Below are positions 22,373 through 31,858 of a stretch of DNA of 32,000 nt, piece after piece; the first letter of the stretch is position 1; each line of letters opens with the position of its first letter. Origin of the DNA: Desulfobacterales bacterium (lineage in GTDB: Bacteria > Desulfobacterota > Desulfobacteria > Desulfobacterales > UBA5852); NCBI GenBank assembly GCA_963674885.2, contig CAXXEA010000003.1, positions 3,477,511 through 3,509,510 on the forward strand, given 5' to 3'. The notes under the pieces were generated by a model, which saw only the letters and a list, made by a program, of their open reading frames with translations, ran no database searches and was not told where the DNA came from. The translations under genes and the position numbers were made by a program.

Positions 22373-24787
22373 ATGCTGGAACAGTTTGCAATTGCGGCCG
22401 AAACACTTCGTCATGTCTGCGACCCAAGCCAATTCGATTTCAGCGATACATCCGCGTTGCCGCCGCTGGAAACGGTGATCGGTCAGGAGCGCGCGGTTCA
22501 GGCCATCGATTTCGGCCTCAGTATGAAAAGCGCCGGTTACAATATTTTTGTCACCGGTCCGGTGGGGACCGGGAAACAGACGATCGTGGGCGATATCGCG
22601 GGCAAGTATGCCCGGGAGCAGCCCCGCCCTGACGACTGGTGCCTGGTCAATAATTTTCAGGATGAGTACCGTCCGATTGCCATTGCGGTGCCGGCCGGCC
22701 GAGCCTTTGAGTTTTCGAAACGCATGACCAAAGTGGTTGCGGATCTGCGTGCGGCCTTGCCTAAAATTTTTACTGACAAAGAATTTCTTGACCGGCAGGC
22801 GCGTCTTCAGGAGAAATATGCCCGTACTCAGGAAACCCTGTTCGGCCAATTGGAAGCCAAGGCCGCTGAGAACAATCTCCGCATCAACCGGACCAAAATG
22901 GGATACCAAACGCTGGCGTTGAAAGACAACCAGCCCATTACGAAAGAGGATTTTACGGCCCTGCCCGAAGCGGAGCAGGCCCAGATCAAGGAGACCATCC
23001 GCGCCTTCCAGTCTGTCATCGAGGAGGCTGAACTCAGCACAAGCCAGGTTGTTCAACAGCACCAGTCGGATATGGAAAAGCTGATGCAGGAGGCGGCGTT
23101 GTTTATTATCCGCCGCCGATTGAATGTCGTCCGCACGGTGTTTGAGGGCTGCCCGCCAGTATTGAGTTATCTGGATCACGTTCAGGAGGATATGCTTGAA
23201 AACATCCATTTTTTCCTTCCGACCCCCGAAGAACATACCACCACGGGTCTAAATGACAGCCAGATCAGTCCCTTCAGTTTTAAACGCTATTTTGTCAACG
23301 TTCTCGCCGATCGGAAGACCATGCAAGGGGCACCGGTCATTTTTGAGCCCAACCCGACCTACCAGAATGTGTTGGGCCACATTGAGAAACGCGCTTATCT
23401 CGGCGGGGTGAAAACCGATTTTACAATGGTTCAGGGGGGCGCTCTGCTGCGCGCCAATGGCGGCTACCTGATCATGGAAGTCGAGTCCCTCATGATGAAC
23501 GCGATGGTATGGGAAGCGCTCAAGCGGGCCTTGCAGACCAAACTGCTGAGCATTGAAGACATTGTCTCGGAGATGGGGTACGGCGTGACGTCCCTTCGGC
23601 CGCAACCGATACCGCTGGATGTCAAGGTGATCCTGATCGGAAGTTATGCCATCTTTGAAACACTCCAGAATCATGATTCCAAATTTGACAAGATTTTCAA
23701 GGTACGGGCGGATTTCGACTTTGAAACCGATTTGACCCCCGAAACCATAAAGCTATACGCCCGATTCATCGCACGGGCCTGCCGTGAGGAAAACCTTCTG
23801 CCGTTCGCAGCGTCGGGTGTGGCGGCGATGGTTGAGTATGGTGAACGGTTTGCCGGGGATCAGCACAAATTGTCGTTGCGGTTTGGCCCGATCGTCGGAA
23901 TTCTTAAGGAAGCCGACTTCTGGGCGCGCAAACAGGAATGCCCCATCATTTCCGACGCGCATGTCCAGGTCGCGATCCAGAAACGTCGTTTTCGCTATAA
24001 TCTCTACGAAGAGAAAATGCGGGAATCCTTCGAAAACGAAACGGTCCTGCTGGATGTCGAGGGGGCCGAGATCGGTCAGGTGAATGCCCTGGCCGTCTAC
24101 CAGATGGGCGATATCGCTTTCGGTCGCCCGAGCCGTATTACGGCGGAAACCTTCATGGGCAAACCGGGCATCATCAATATCGAGCGGGAGGCTGATTTGA
24201 GCGGCCGCTCCCATGACAAGGGCGTGATGATTCTGAGCGGGTACCTGGGGCGAACCTTTGCGCAGCAGGCGCCGTTAGGGGTTTCCATCAGCCTGACATT
24301 CGAACAGAGCTACGGACCGATCGACGGTGACAGTGCTTCCTCGACGGAACTGTACGTCATTCTCTCAAGTCTGGCCGATTTACCGATTCAGCAGGGCATT
24401 GCGGTGACCGGTTCGGTCAACCAGAAAGGCGAGATCCAGGCGATCGGCGGCGTGAACCAGAAGATCGAAGGCTATTTCGATGTTTGCCAAAAGAAAGGAC
24501 TGACGGGTTCCCAGGGGGTGATCATCCCGAAAGCCAACCTCGTCAATCTCATGCTGAAAAGCGAAGTGGTGGAAGCCGTGCGTGCCGGTCGGTTTTTTAT
24601 CTACCAGGTTGCCCATGTCACCGAGGGAATCCATATCCTGACCGGCGTATCGACCGGGACGGTGGACGAAAAGGGGGGCTACCCGGCCGAAAGCGTTTAT
24701 GGTCGCATCCAGATGAAGCTGAAATCCTTTCGTGAGCGCGCTCGTGAATTGAAACCCGCCGGAGGAGTGTTGGCGGACAATGAATGA
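22373..24787 (+). CDS. Lon-like protease with AAA-like module carrying a long helical insertion (LonC-type architecture)
   Basis: P-loop-like GPVGTGKQT (22556-22582), then an ~200-aa coiled/helical insertion. The Walker B position reads GGYLIMEVE (23459-23485). The Lon protease domain has GPIDGDSASS (Ser codon 24332-24334) and GGVNQKIEGYF. ATG 22373 is preceded by GAGAGGA. Confidence 0.9.
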   Translation: MLEQFAIAAETLRHVCDPSQFDFSDTSALPPLETVIGQERAVQAIDFGLSMKSAGYNIFVTGPVGTGKQTIVGDIAGKYAREQPRPDDWCLVNNFQDEYRPIAIAVPAGRAFEFSKRMTKVVADLRAALPKIFTDKEFLDRQARLQEKYARTQETLFGQLEAKAAENNLRINRTKMGYQTLALKDNQPITKEDFTALPEAEQAQIKETIRAFQSVIEEAELSTSQVVQQHQSDMEKLMQEAALFIIRRRLNVVRTVFEGCPPVLSYLDHVQEDMLENIHFFLPTPEEHTTTGLNDSQISPFSFKRYFVNVLADRKTMQGAPVIFEPNPTYQNVLGHIEKRAYLGGVKTDFTMVQGGALLRANGGYLIMEVESLMMNAMVWEALKRALQTKLLSIEDIVSEMGYGVTSLRPQPIPLDVKVILIGSYAIFETLQNHDSKFDKIFKVRADFDFETDLTPETIKLYARFIARACREENLLPFAASGVAAMVEYGERFAGDQHKLSLRFGPIVGILKEADFWARKQECPIISDAHVQVAIQKRRFRYNLYEEKMRESFENETVLLDVEGAEIGQVNALAVYQMGDIAFGRPSRITAETFMGKPGIINIEREADLSGRSHDKGVMILSGYLGRTFAQQAPLGVSISLTFEQSYGPIDGDSASSTELYVILSSLADLPIQQGIAVTGSVNQKGEIQAIGGVNQKIEGYFDVCQKKGLTGSQGVIIPKANLVNLMLKSEVVEAVRAGRFFIYQVAHVTEGIHILTGVSTGTVDEKGGYPAESVYGRIQMKLKSFRERARELKPAGGVLADNE

Positions 24788-24986
24788 AACCAACCGGGGG
24801 CGACCCATGATCGATTGATCGACGGGTGGCGATAAAAAGCTTTATCAATTGGGTGATTTCTATTAATGACGGTGCAGGGGCGCGAGGGTTCCACCGTGGT
24901 GGGTCGGCCCGGGCTGCTCCCGAAGCGTGTATCGGCGAACAATGGTTTTTTCGAGGGAAGCGTCCGGCCGGTTATACGGAGATGAC

Positions 24987-26462
24987 ATGAATCGCGACAA
25001 CTATATTGAATCCCTGCGATCGGAACTGCTCGATCTGGTCGAAGAGCACTTATCGCCCGTTGCCTTGCGATACGGATACAGCGAAGTGCCGCTGGAGGCC
25101 ACCATCAAATGGCGGCCGCTGGTGCTCGTGCTGGGCAACTATTCTTCGGGAAAATCAACCCTGATCAATGATTTTCTGGGCATCAAGATCCAGGCCACCG
25201 GGCAGGCGCCCACGGACGATTCATTCACGGTCATTACCTATGGCGAACCGGATGCGGATGCCTCGCCACAAACGGTGCAGGTCGTGGAGTCGCGTGACGG
25301 AAAATTTTTGCTGAACGATCCCGAGTATCCTTTTGAAACCTTGAAGCGCTACGGGCAGCGCTTCGCCGCCCATTTTCGGCTCAAAAAAGTCAATTCACCA
25401 TTTCTCGAAAATCTGGCCATTATCGACACGCCCGGCATGCTGGACAGCATCACCGAGCGGGATCGTGGCTACAACTACCAGGAAGTCATCGGTGACCTGG
25501 CGCAGATGGCGGATCTCGTGCTGGTGCTTTTCGATCCGCACAAGGCCGGCACCGTTCGCGAAACCCATACCAGTCTCAGGGATACCCTTCCGGCCAAAAC
25601 CTTTGAAGATCGGGTTCTTTTTGTACTGAACCGTATCGACGAATGCGCTTCGTTGATCGATCTGCTTCAGGTGTACGGCACCCTTTGCTGGAACCTCTCC
25701 CAAATGACGGGTCGGAAAGATATCCCGCCGATCCGTTTGACCTATTCTCCCCATGCCATGCCCACCCCGCTGGGCGAGTTGGGAAAAGATCTCGATTACC
25801 TCCACTATCTCGACAACCAGAGGATGGAGCTTAAAGAAGCGGTTCTGCAGGCACCGCGTTACCGATTGGACAACCTGGCCACATTTGTTGAAACCCATGC
25901 CGAGAGGCTTTCGCATTTGCTGGAAGCGCTCGTCAGTTATGGGACCCGCGCCAACAAATATCGCCTCAAGCAAGTTATGCTGGGACTGCTCATCGGTTTG
26001 ATCGCCGGGGGGGCGATCGCCGCAGGAGCAGTGGGCGGAGGGCTTCTGGCTCCCGACCCCTATCTTCTGGGCGCCATCGGGGGTGGGGGCGGCCTGCTGG
26101 TGTTCGTGCTCTGGATGAGTACCATCGGGCGCTGGTTGCGACGGCGTTTCCACCGGGAGCAGCTAAAGCAGCTTGATCGATTGACCCCGCTACGCAACCA
26201 GACCCGCCGCGACAGCTGGCAATCCGTGCGGGATCTGGTGTATATGACCCTGAAACGAACGGAAGGTCGCCTTGCGCTTAAACAAGCCAAAACCGAGCTT
26301 CAGGCCGTCACCCGCGTCTACCAGGAAGGGTCGAAAGACATCCGCGAAGCCTTGAATGAGCTGTCAACGCTGGGCGTCCATGAAGCACCGGCCTGGGCAG
26401 ACGGCAAGGGCGGGGATGCCCATCGTGAATTCCCTTTTTCAGAGCTCTCCCGCGAGGATTAA
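24987..26462 (+). CDS. Dynamin/EHD-like membrane-associated GTPase
   Basis: G1 GNYSSGKSTLIN (25134-25160), G3 IIDTPGM, G4-like LNRID. A Gly-rich hydrophobic hairpin (LGLLIGLIAGGAIAAGAVGGGLL...GAIGGGGGLLVFVLWM) lies near the C-terminus. ATG 24987 is preceded by GGAG. Confidence 0.8.
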   Translation: MNRDNYIESLRSELLDLVEEHLSPVALRYGYSEVPLEATIKWRPLVLVLGNYSSGKSTLINDFLGIKIQATGQAPTDDSFTVITYGEPDADASPQTVQVVESRDGKFLLNDPEYPFETLKRYGQRFAAHFRLKKVNSPFLENLAIIDTPGMLDSITERDRGYNYQEVIGDLAQMADLVLVLFDPHKAGTVRETHTSLRDTLPAKTFEDRVLFVLNRIDECASLIDLLQVYGTLCWNLSQMTGRKDIPPIRLTYSPHAMPTPLGELGKDLDYLHYLDNQRMELKEAVLQAPRYRLDNLATFVETHAERLSHLLEALVSYGTRANKYRLKQVMLGLLIGLIAGGAIAAGAVGGGLLAPDPYLLGAIGGGGGLLVFVLWMSTIGRWLRRRFHREQLKQLDRLTPLRNQTRRDSWQSVRDLVYMTLKRTEGRLALKQAKTELQAVTRVYQEGSKDIREALNELSTLGVHEAPAWADGKGGDAHREFPFSELSRED

Positions 26463-26550
26463 TCGGGCGCATCCCTGTTCGATGCGGCACTCCCCGGACG
26501 CCCCCTGTCCGTCACCCGTGCCTGTTCGTGATCAAAGGATCATGACCGGT

Positions 26551-27093
26551 CTATCGAGGAAAGGGTTTTACCGCGACGGATTGGGCCATCATCAGTCCGG
26601 CGATGGTTTTAGCGTCTCGAATCTTTCCTGAGTGGATCATTTCCAGCGCTTCCCCATAGTGGAATTCATGGATATCGAGGATTTCATCCGCGTCCAGTTG
26701 CTGTTTGGCCGGCAGGAGTGCTTCTGCCCGGTAGAGATGAATGATCTCATCCGAATAGGCCGGCACCGGCAGGATCGCACCCAATGGATGCCATTGCGCC
26801 GCTGTGACACCGATCTCCTCGGTTAGTTCGCGCTGGGCGCATGCCAGGGGCGATTCTCCCGGCTCCATCGTTCCGGCCGGTATTTCCCATATCCGGCCGC
26901 CAACGGCATAGCGAAACTGCCGTATCAGGACGACCCGGCCCTGTTCCGTTACCGGGACGATGGCTGCCGCACCGGGGTGGCGGATTACATCCAGAGTTGC
27001 ATCAACGCCATTGGGAAGGGTGACGCGGTCGTGGTGAAGGGCAAACACCCGTCCTTCGTGGACAACCTTTGATTCTTTGCAGTGGGAAGACAT
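26551..27093 (-). CDS. NUDIX hydrolase (ADP-ribose pyrophosphatase-like)
   Basis: Nudix box GTMEPGESPLACAQRELTEEIG. The overall NudF-like layout is present (IRHPGAAAIVPV...VLIRQFRYA). Confidence 0.85.
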   Translation of the reverse strand: MSSHCKESKVVHEGRVFALHHDRVTLPNGVDATLDVIRHPGAAAIVPVTEQGRVVLIRQFRYAVGGRIWEIPAGTMEPGESPLACAQRELTEEIGVTAAQWHPLGAILPVPAYSDEIIHLYRAEALLPAKQQLDADEILDIHEFHYGEALEMIHSGKIRDAKTIAGLMMAQSVAVKPFPR

Positions 27094-27329
27094 GGTTTCC
27101 CTTTCGAGCGGTGTGGTGTGATGATGTGCAGTGGCCAGAGGGGCAACTTGCGCTTGCCGGTATACTTATCGAACCATGGTGCCCTGTCAAGCGCCACATG
27201 GCACAGCCGGAGAATGACGCCGGATAACGCGTGTGGATTGACGACGACGACCGGCATGCCCACCTTGAAGGTAAAGATTACCCGCGCCCCAATGGGGAGT
27301 ATGGAAATCCGGTTCCGGGAAGCTCTGCC

Positions 27330-27863
27330 ATGAAACGATTCAATACCTTGATCGTCCTGCTGATAGCTGGCGTAATGATCCAGGGCTGCACGGTTATCTC
27401 ACCCAAGATGATGGCCGATGCTTTGACGGATGTTTCTTTCGCCGAGCTGTCGCAGAATGCCGACACCTTTCGCGGTCAGACCGTTATACTGGGAGGCCAT
27501 GTCATCGAGGTGCGCAACGAAGCCCGGCAGACGATTATCGTTGTGCTGCAGACCCCCCTGGGTTCCGGTCAGGAACCCCTGCCGCCCGACCGCTCTGAGG
27601 GGCGGTTTATGCTGCAGCATGACGGGTTTCTCGATCCGGAAGTTTTTGCCAAAGGACGGACCCTTACCGCAGCGGGCGAGGTCACCGGTGTTATCCGGGA
27701 GGCGATCGACCATGAACCCTATGATTACATCCTGCTGGCGTCCCGCGAAATTTATCTGTGGGAACGCACGGAAGATTTGTACCGATATCCGTATCCTTAC
27801 CGATCACCTCTGTATGATCCCTGGTATTATCGAAATCCCTCGCGCCGCTATCGCTATCGTTAG
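27330..27863 (+). CDS. slp: Slp-family outer-membrane lipoprotein
   Basis: Lipobox VMIQGC. Slp-like core: FRGQTVILGGHVIEV...TIIVVLQTPL...RSEGRFM. The tail is Tyr/Pro/Arg-rich. Confidence 0.8.
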   Translation: MKRFNTLIVLLIAGVMIQGCTVISPKMMADALTDVSFAELSQNADTFRGQTVILGGHVIEVRNEARQTIIVVLQTPLGSGQEPLPPDRSEGRFMLQHDGFLDPEVFAKGRTLTAAGEVTGVIREAIDHEPYDYILLASREIYLWERTEDLYRYPYPYRSPLYDPWYYRNPSRRYRYR

Positions 27864-27944
27864 CGAAGGGGTGCGCCGAATGTTTTTGAATAGTCTTTAT
27901 GGCGAGCGCGTATCGATCGAACACCATTGTCAGGAGGTAACCGC

Positions 27945-28454
27945 ATGACGACCATTGAGGATGCTATCACCAACGCGATTGACTATGAAACCCGTATTCG
28001 TGATCTTTACCGCGAGGCGGTCGACGGGACCCAAGACCCCAAGGGCAGGCGGGTTTTTCAGGCCCTGGCCGATGATGAACAGCGTCATATCGACTATCTC
28101 GAGGCCAAGCGCACCCAATGGCATGCGGAGGGACGGATCCGTGTTGAATCGCTGAAATCGCTCATTCCGGACGCCAAACGCCTCATGGCAGAGGTGGAAG
28201 TGTTGAAAGAGACCATGGCCGGCGAAGATCGACGGGATGAAAAACGCATGTTGAGCAAGGCACTGCAGGTGGAAGTTGAAACCAGTGCCTTCTATCGCGA
28301 TATGGTGGCGCAAATGGAGGGCGATGCCCGCGTCATGTTTGCGCGGTTCCTGGAGATCGAGGATGGTCATATCGCCGCGGTCCAGGCCGAGTTGGATTAT
28401 ATCAGCCACACGGGGTTCTGGTTCGATTTTCAGGAATTCGATATGGAATACTGA
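27945..28454 (+). CDS. Rubrerythrin-like / ferritin-like diiron protein
   Basis: E...ExxH occurs twice: YETRIRDLY / DDEQRHIDYL and VEVETSAFY / IEDGHIAAV. The SD CAGGAGG precedes ATG 27945. Confidence 0.8.
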   Translation: MTTIEDAITNAIDYETRIRDLYREAVDGTQDPKGRRVFQALADDEQRHIDYLEAKRTQWHAEGRIRVESLKSLIPDAKRLMAEVEVLKETMAGEDRRDEKRMLSKALQVEVETSAFYRDMVAQMEGDARVMFARFLEIEDGHIAAVQAELDYISHTGFWFDFQEFDMEY

Positions 28455-28487
28455 TTGCCGAAACCCCGCGCCACCATCGTCAAACCG

Positions 28488-28523
28488 CCCCTGGCAGCCG
28501 CTTTGATCGATCCCTGCCAGGGG
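28488..28523 (+). terminator. Hairpin downstream of the rubrerythrin-like gene
   Basis: CCCCTGGCAG (28488-28497) pairs perfectly with CTGCCAGGGG (28514-28523), with a 16-nt loop. The trailing sequence is CTTGTGTG, only weakly T-rich. Confidence 0.4.
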
Positions 28524-28575
28524 CTTGTGTGCCATCCCCAATTAATCCCCGCAGCATAATTCCTGTCCTTTAGTC

Positions 28576-28604
28576 TTGACACAAAATATGATCTTTAATA
28601 TTAG
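28576..28604 (+). promoter_or_regulatory. Possible sigma70-like promoter of the rnf operon
   Basis: Consensus TTGACA (28576-28581) in an AT-rich patch. The -10 is ambiguous: TATTAG at 17-nt spacing or TAATAT at 14 nt. It lies ~95 nt upstream of the rnfC ATG. Confidence 0.3.
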
Positions 28605-28696
28605 CACTCCTTTGGTCAAACGTGAGTCGATTTTATTTTTGTCGCTGGAAAAGGCGCCGGTGTTTGGATCGAACCCGGCGGTTGCAAGGAGACTTT

Positions 28697-30061
28697 ATGG
28701 CAGCATCCGTCCAAGCCTTCGGAGGCAGTGGAACCTTTAAACACGGAGTCCATCCACCGGAGCGGAAACATTTTTCCAAAGATCTTCCCATCGAAGTAGT
28801 CCCCAGCCCCAAGCAGGTGCTGCTGCCCATGCTGCAACACGTGGGAGCGCCCAGCATTCCGGTGGTCAAAGCCAAAGATGTGGTGGCCTTTGGTGATATG
28901 GTATGCAAAAGCGGCGGGTTTGTTTCCGCACCCCTGCATGCCCCCATTGCCGGAAAAGTGCTGAAATCCGCGGTGACCACTCTGCCCAACGGCCGGCATG
29001 TGCAGGTGATTCCCATCAAGGCCGATGGAGAGCAGCTAGAAGGCCCGGCGCTGATGGCGGAAATTCTCGGCGGTGAATGGCCACTGGACAGTCTGGGGCA
29101 ATATGACCGCGCCACCATTACGGAAGCCATCGCCAATGCGGGGATCGTGGGCCTCGGTGGGGCGGCCTTTCCGGCGCACGTGAAATACACCCCCAACGAT
29201 GACAAACCGGTGGACACGGTCCTGATCAACGGTTGTGAGTGTGAGCCCTACCTCACACCGGATTATCGCGTCATGCTGGAAGGTACCCAGGCCGTCATTG
29301 CCGGTGCGATTCTGGCGGGGCGTGCCGCCGGTGCCCGCGATATCATTATCGGGATCGAAGACAACAAACCTGAAGCGGTCAAGGTCCTGCAAGACGCCGC
29401 ACAGGGCACCGATGTCAAAATTGCGGTGCTCAAAACCAAATATCCCCAGGGAAGTGAAAAACAGCTCATCATGGCGGTTTTGAAGCGGGAGGTCCCGCTG
29501 GGCGGGCTGCCCCTCGATGTGGGTGTAGCGGTCAGCAATGTGGGAACGGCGGCGGCCATTGCAAGGGCCGTCATGCGGGGTAAACCCCTGACGCACCGGG
29601 TGGTAAGTGTCACCGGCAGCGGTATTCGCAACCCTAAAAATCTCCTGGTACCCATCGGCATCAGCTACCGTGAATTGATCGATTATTGTGGTGGCTTAAA
29701 AGAAGATGCGGCTCGCATTATTTCCGGCGGTCCCATGATGGGGTTCGCTTTTGCCAATCTTGACGCACCCGTGACCAAAGGCACCAGCGCCATGACGGTG
29801 CTGACGGCGGAAGATGTCCGCAAGGCTGAGGAAACCGCGTGTATTCGTTGCGGGCGCTGTGTCGATGCCTGCCCTATGAATCTGGTGCCAACCAAGATCG
29901 CTTTAGCCAGTCGGGCCAAGGACGTGGATCTGGCGCAGGCCTATCACATCATGGCCTGTTTCGAATGCGGTTCTTGTGCCTTTACCTGCCCGGCCAGCAT
30001 TCCTTTGGTGCAGCTGGTCCGCACCGGCAAGGCCCAGGTCATCGCCAGTCAGCGCAAATAA
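28697..30061 (+). CDS. rnfC: Rnf electron-transport complex subunit C
   Basis: GLGGAAFP NADH/FMN-site motif. Two ferredoxin motifs: CIRCGRCVDACP and CFECGSCAFTCP. AAGGAGA SD precedes ATG 28697. The gene is followed by rnfD, G and E. Confidence 0.92.
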   Translation: MAASVQAFGGSGTFKHGVHPPERKHFSKDLPIEVVPSPKQVLLPMLQHVGAPSIPVVKAKDVVAFGDMVCKSGGFVSAPLHAPIAGKVLKSAVTTLPNGRHVQVIPIKADGEQLEGPALMAEILGGEWPLDSLGQYDRATITEAIANAGIVGLGGAAFPAHVKYTPNDDKPVDTVLINGCECEPYLTPDYRVMLEGTQAVIAGAILAGRAAGARDIIIGIEDNKPEAVKVLQDAAQGTDVKIAVLKTKYPQGSEKQLIMAVLKREVPLGGLPLDVGVAVSNVGTAAAIARAVMRGKPLTHRVVSVTGSGIRNPKNLLVPIGISYRELIDYCGGLKEDAARIISGGPMMGFAFANLDAPVTKGTSAMTVLTAEDVRKAEETACIRCGRCVDACPMNLVPTKIALASRAKDVDLAQAYHIMACFECGSCAFTCPASIPLVQLVRTGKAQVIASQRK

Positions 30062-30148
30062 ATAGTGGCCGCCGTTCCCGTCTGGCAGGCCGAGACGGAT
30101 GGTGATTTCGGCACGCAAACGATAAACCTTTACGAGTCTGTTTAACGG

Positions 30149-31147
30149 ATGATTATGACGGAAAATTCTCAAACGACGACGTCCGAACCCAGCGCCGCGG
30201 CTCCTGTGATTCATGTGTCACCATCGCCGCATTTGTCCAACCAAGCCCTAACGACCCAGCGCATCATGCTCGATGTGGTCATCGGACTTCTGCCGGTGGT
30301 GCTGATGGCGCTCTATGTGTTTCGCCTCTATGCCGTCAAACAACTGGCCATCTGTGTGGTCAGTTGCCTGGCGGCGGAAGCCCTCTTCACCAAAATGCGC
30401 GGCCGGTCCCTGCCCCTGAAAGACTGTTCCGCACTGGTGACCGGCGTCATCCTGGCATTGTCCTTGCCCGGACCGGCACCCTGGTATGTGGGCTTTATTG
30501 CATCCTTCGTGGCCATCGGTATCGGTAAGACGATTTTCGGCGGCGTCGGGATGAATCTGTTCAATCCGGCCATGGTCGGGCGGGCGTTTGTCATGATCGC
30601 GTTTGCCAGTGTGCTGGCCGCCGCCGGGTATCAGGATGCGGGCAGCGCCGTCGATGCGGTCACCCAGGCAACCCCGATGGACACCTTCAAGCAGACCGGC
30701 GTGGCGGCACCGCTGTCCGCCTTGTTCTTTGGATTGACCAATGGCTCCCTTGGTGAAACCAGCGCATTGGGCTGCCTGATCGGCGGCCTGTTCCTATGCA
30801 TTCGCCGGACGGCGTCATGGGAGATCCCGGCCGGGGTCATCCTTTCGGTGACCCTTTTCGGTGGCATCGCAAACCTGATCAACCCGGATGCGGCCTGGAC
30901 GGTTCTGCATCATTTGCTGGGCGGATCCTTGCTGTTCGGCGCATTTTTTATTGCAACGGATCCGGTATCCAGCCCGCTGACCCCAAAGGGTAAGTTTATT
31001 TTCGGTTTTGGCGTTGGCGCGCTCATTATGCTGCTGCGGCTATTCAGCGGCTATCCGGAGGGCGTAATGTTTGCCGTGCTGTTGATGAATGGTCTGACAC
31101 CGCTGATCAATCGCTGGACCATCCCGCAACCGCTGGGAGCCCAGTAG
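30149..31147 (+). CDS. rnfD: Rnf electron-transport complex subunit D
   Basis: Polytopic NqrB/RnfD pattern: NPAMVGRAF, GETSALG, FFIATDPVSSP (FMN attachment region). Confidence 0.92.
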   Translation: MIMTENSQTTTSEPSAAAPVIHVSPSPHLSNQALTTQRIMLDVVIGLLPVVLMALYVFRLYAVKQLAICVVSCLAAEALFTKMRGRSLPLKDCSALVTGVILALSLPGPAPWYVGFIASFVAIGIGKTIFGGVGMNLFNPAMVGRAFVMIAFASVLAAAGYQDAGSAVDAVTQATPMDTFKQTGVAAPLSALFFGLTNGSLGETSALGCLIGGLFLCIRRTASWEIPAGVILSVTLFGGIANLINPDAAWTVLHHLLGGSLLFGAFFIATDPVSSPLTPKGKFIFGFGVGALIMLLRLFSGYPEGVMFAVLLMNGLTPLINRWTIPQPLGAQ

Positions 31148-31217
31148 GGCTGTGGCCGCAAAGTTTAAGGTATTATTGAGGGTTCAACGACATAGATGAG
31201 GAGATAATAGGCGCGGC

Positions 31218-31856
31218 ATGACAGAAAACGTGAAGACCAATTTTATTTCCCAGACCTGGCTGGTCCTTTTACTGGCGATATGTTTCGGGGCGCTTTTGGC
31301 CGGGATTCAGATTACGCTGGGCCCGACCATCGAAGCCAACAAGATCAACGAAACCCTGGAGAAAGTCCCGGAGATGGTGTTCGGGGCGGCCCATGCCCAG
31401 GAATTGGCCGATCGGAAACAATCCGTGGACGTGACGCCGATTTCGATTGGCGTCGACAAGGCGGGCAAAACCATACGGTACAGTGTTTTTGAAGCCAAAA
31501 CCGAGGGCCAGTTGGCGGGATGGGTCGTCAAGACCGCCGGGCAGGGGTATGCGGACAAGATCGAGATGCTGATCGGGTTTGATCCCCAGGTGGAGAAAAT
31601 CACCGGATTGTTCGTACTCGATCAGAAAGAAACCCCCGGCCTGGGCAATAAAATCGTCACGGATGCCTGGCGCAGCCAGTTTCTGGCCAAGTCCACCGGC
31701 CAGGCCTTGACAGCAGTTAAAGGCAATGCCAAGGCCGGCAACGAGATTGACGCCATCACCGGTGCCACCATTTCTTCCAAAGCGGTGACCGACATCATCA
31801 ATACGGCGGTCAACGACCTGCGCAAACCATTGATAGCCAAGGCAAAAGGAAAGTAG
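31218..31856 (+). CDS. rnfG: Rnf electron-transport complex subunit G (FMN-binding)
   Basis: N-terminal TM anchor. FMN_bind motifs ETPGLG and IDAITGATISSKAV. GAGGAG SD. Confidence 0.9.
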   Translation: MTENVKTNFISQTWLVLLLAICFGALLAGIQITLGPTIEANKINETLEKVPEMVFGAAHAQELADRKQSVDVTPISIGVDKAGKTIRYSVFEAKTEGQLAGWVVKTAGQGYADKIEMLIGFDPQVEKITGLFVLDQKETPGLGNKIVTDAWRSQFLAKSTGQALTAVKGNAKAGNEIDAITGATISSKAVTDIINTAVNDLRKPLIAKAKGK

Positions 31857-31858
31857 TT

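Noticed and set aside
22283-23236. 317-aa minus-strand ORF
   Set aside because: It is antisense to the Lon-like protease gene and has no motif of its own.
27930-28541. 203-aa minus-strand ORF
   Set aside because: It is antisense to the rubrerythrin-like gene, which has the ExxH diiron motifs and a strong SD.
28601-28640. TTAGCACTC, a perfect left half of the CIRCE (HrcA) operator, upstream of rnfC
   Set aside because: The required partner GAGTGCTAA at 9-nt spacing is absent. The nearest GAGT... is at 14 nt and matches only 4 of 9. rnf is not a heat-shock operon, so this is probably chance.
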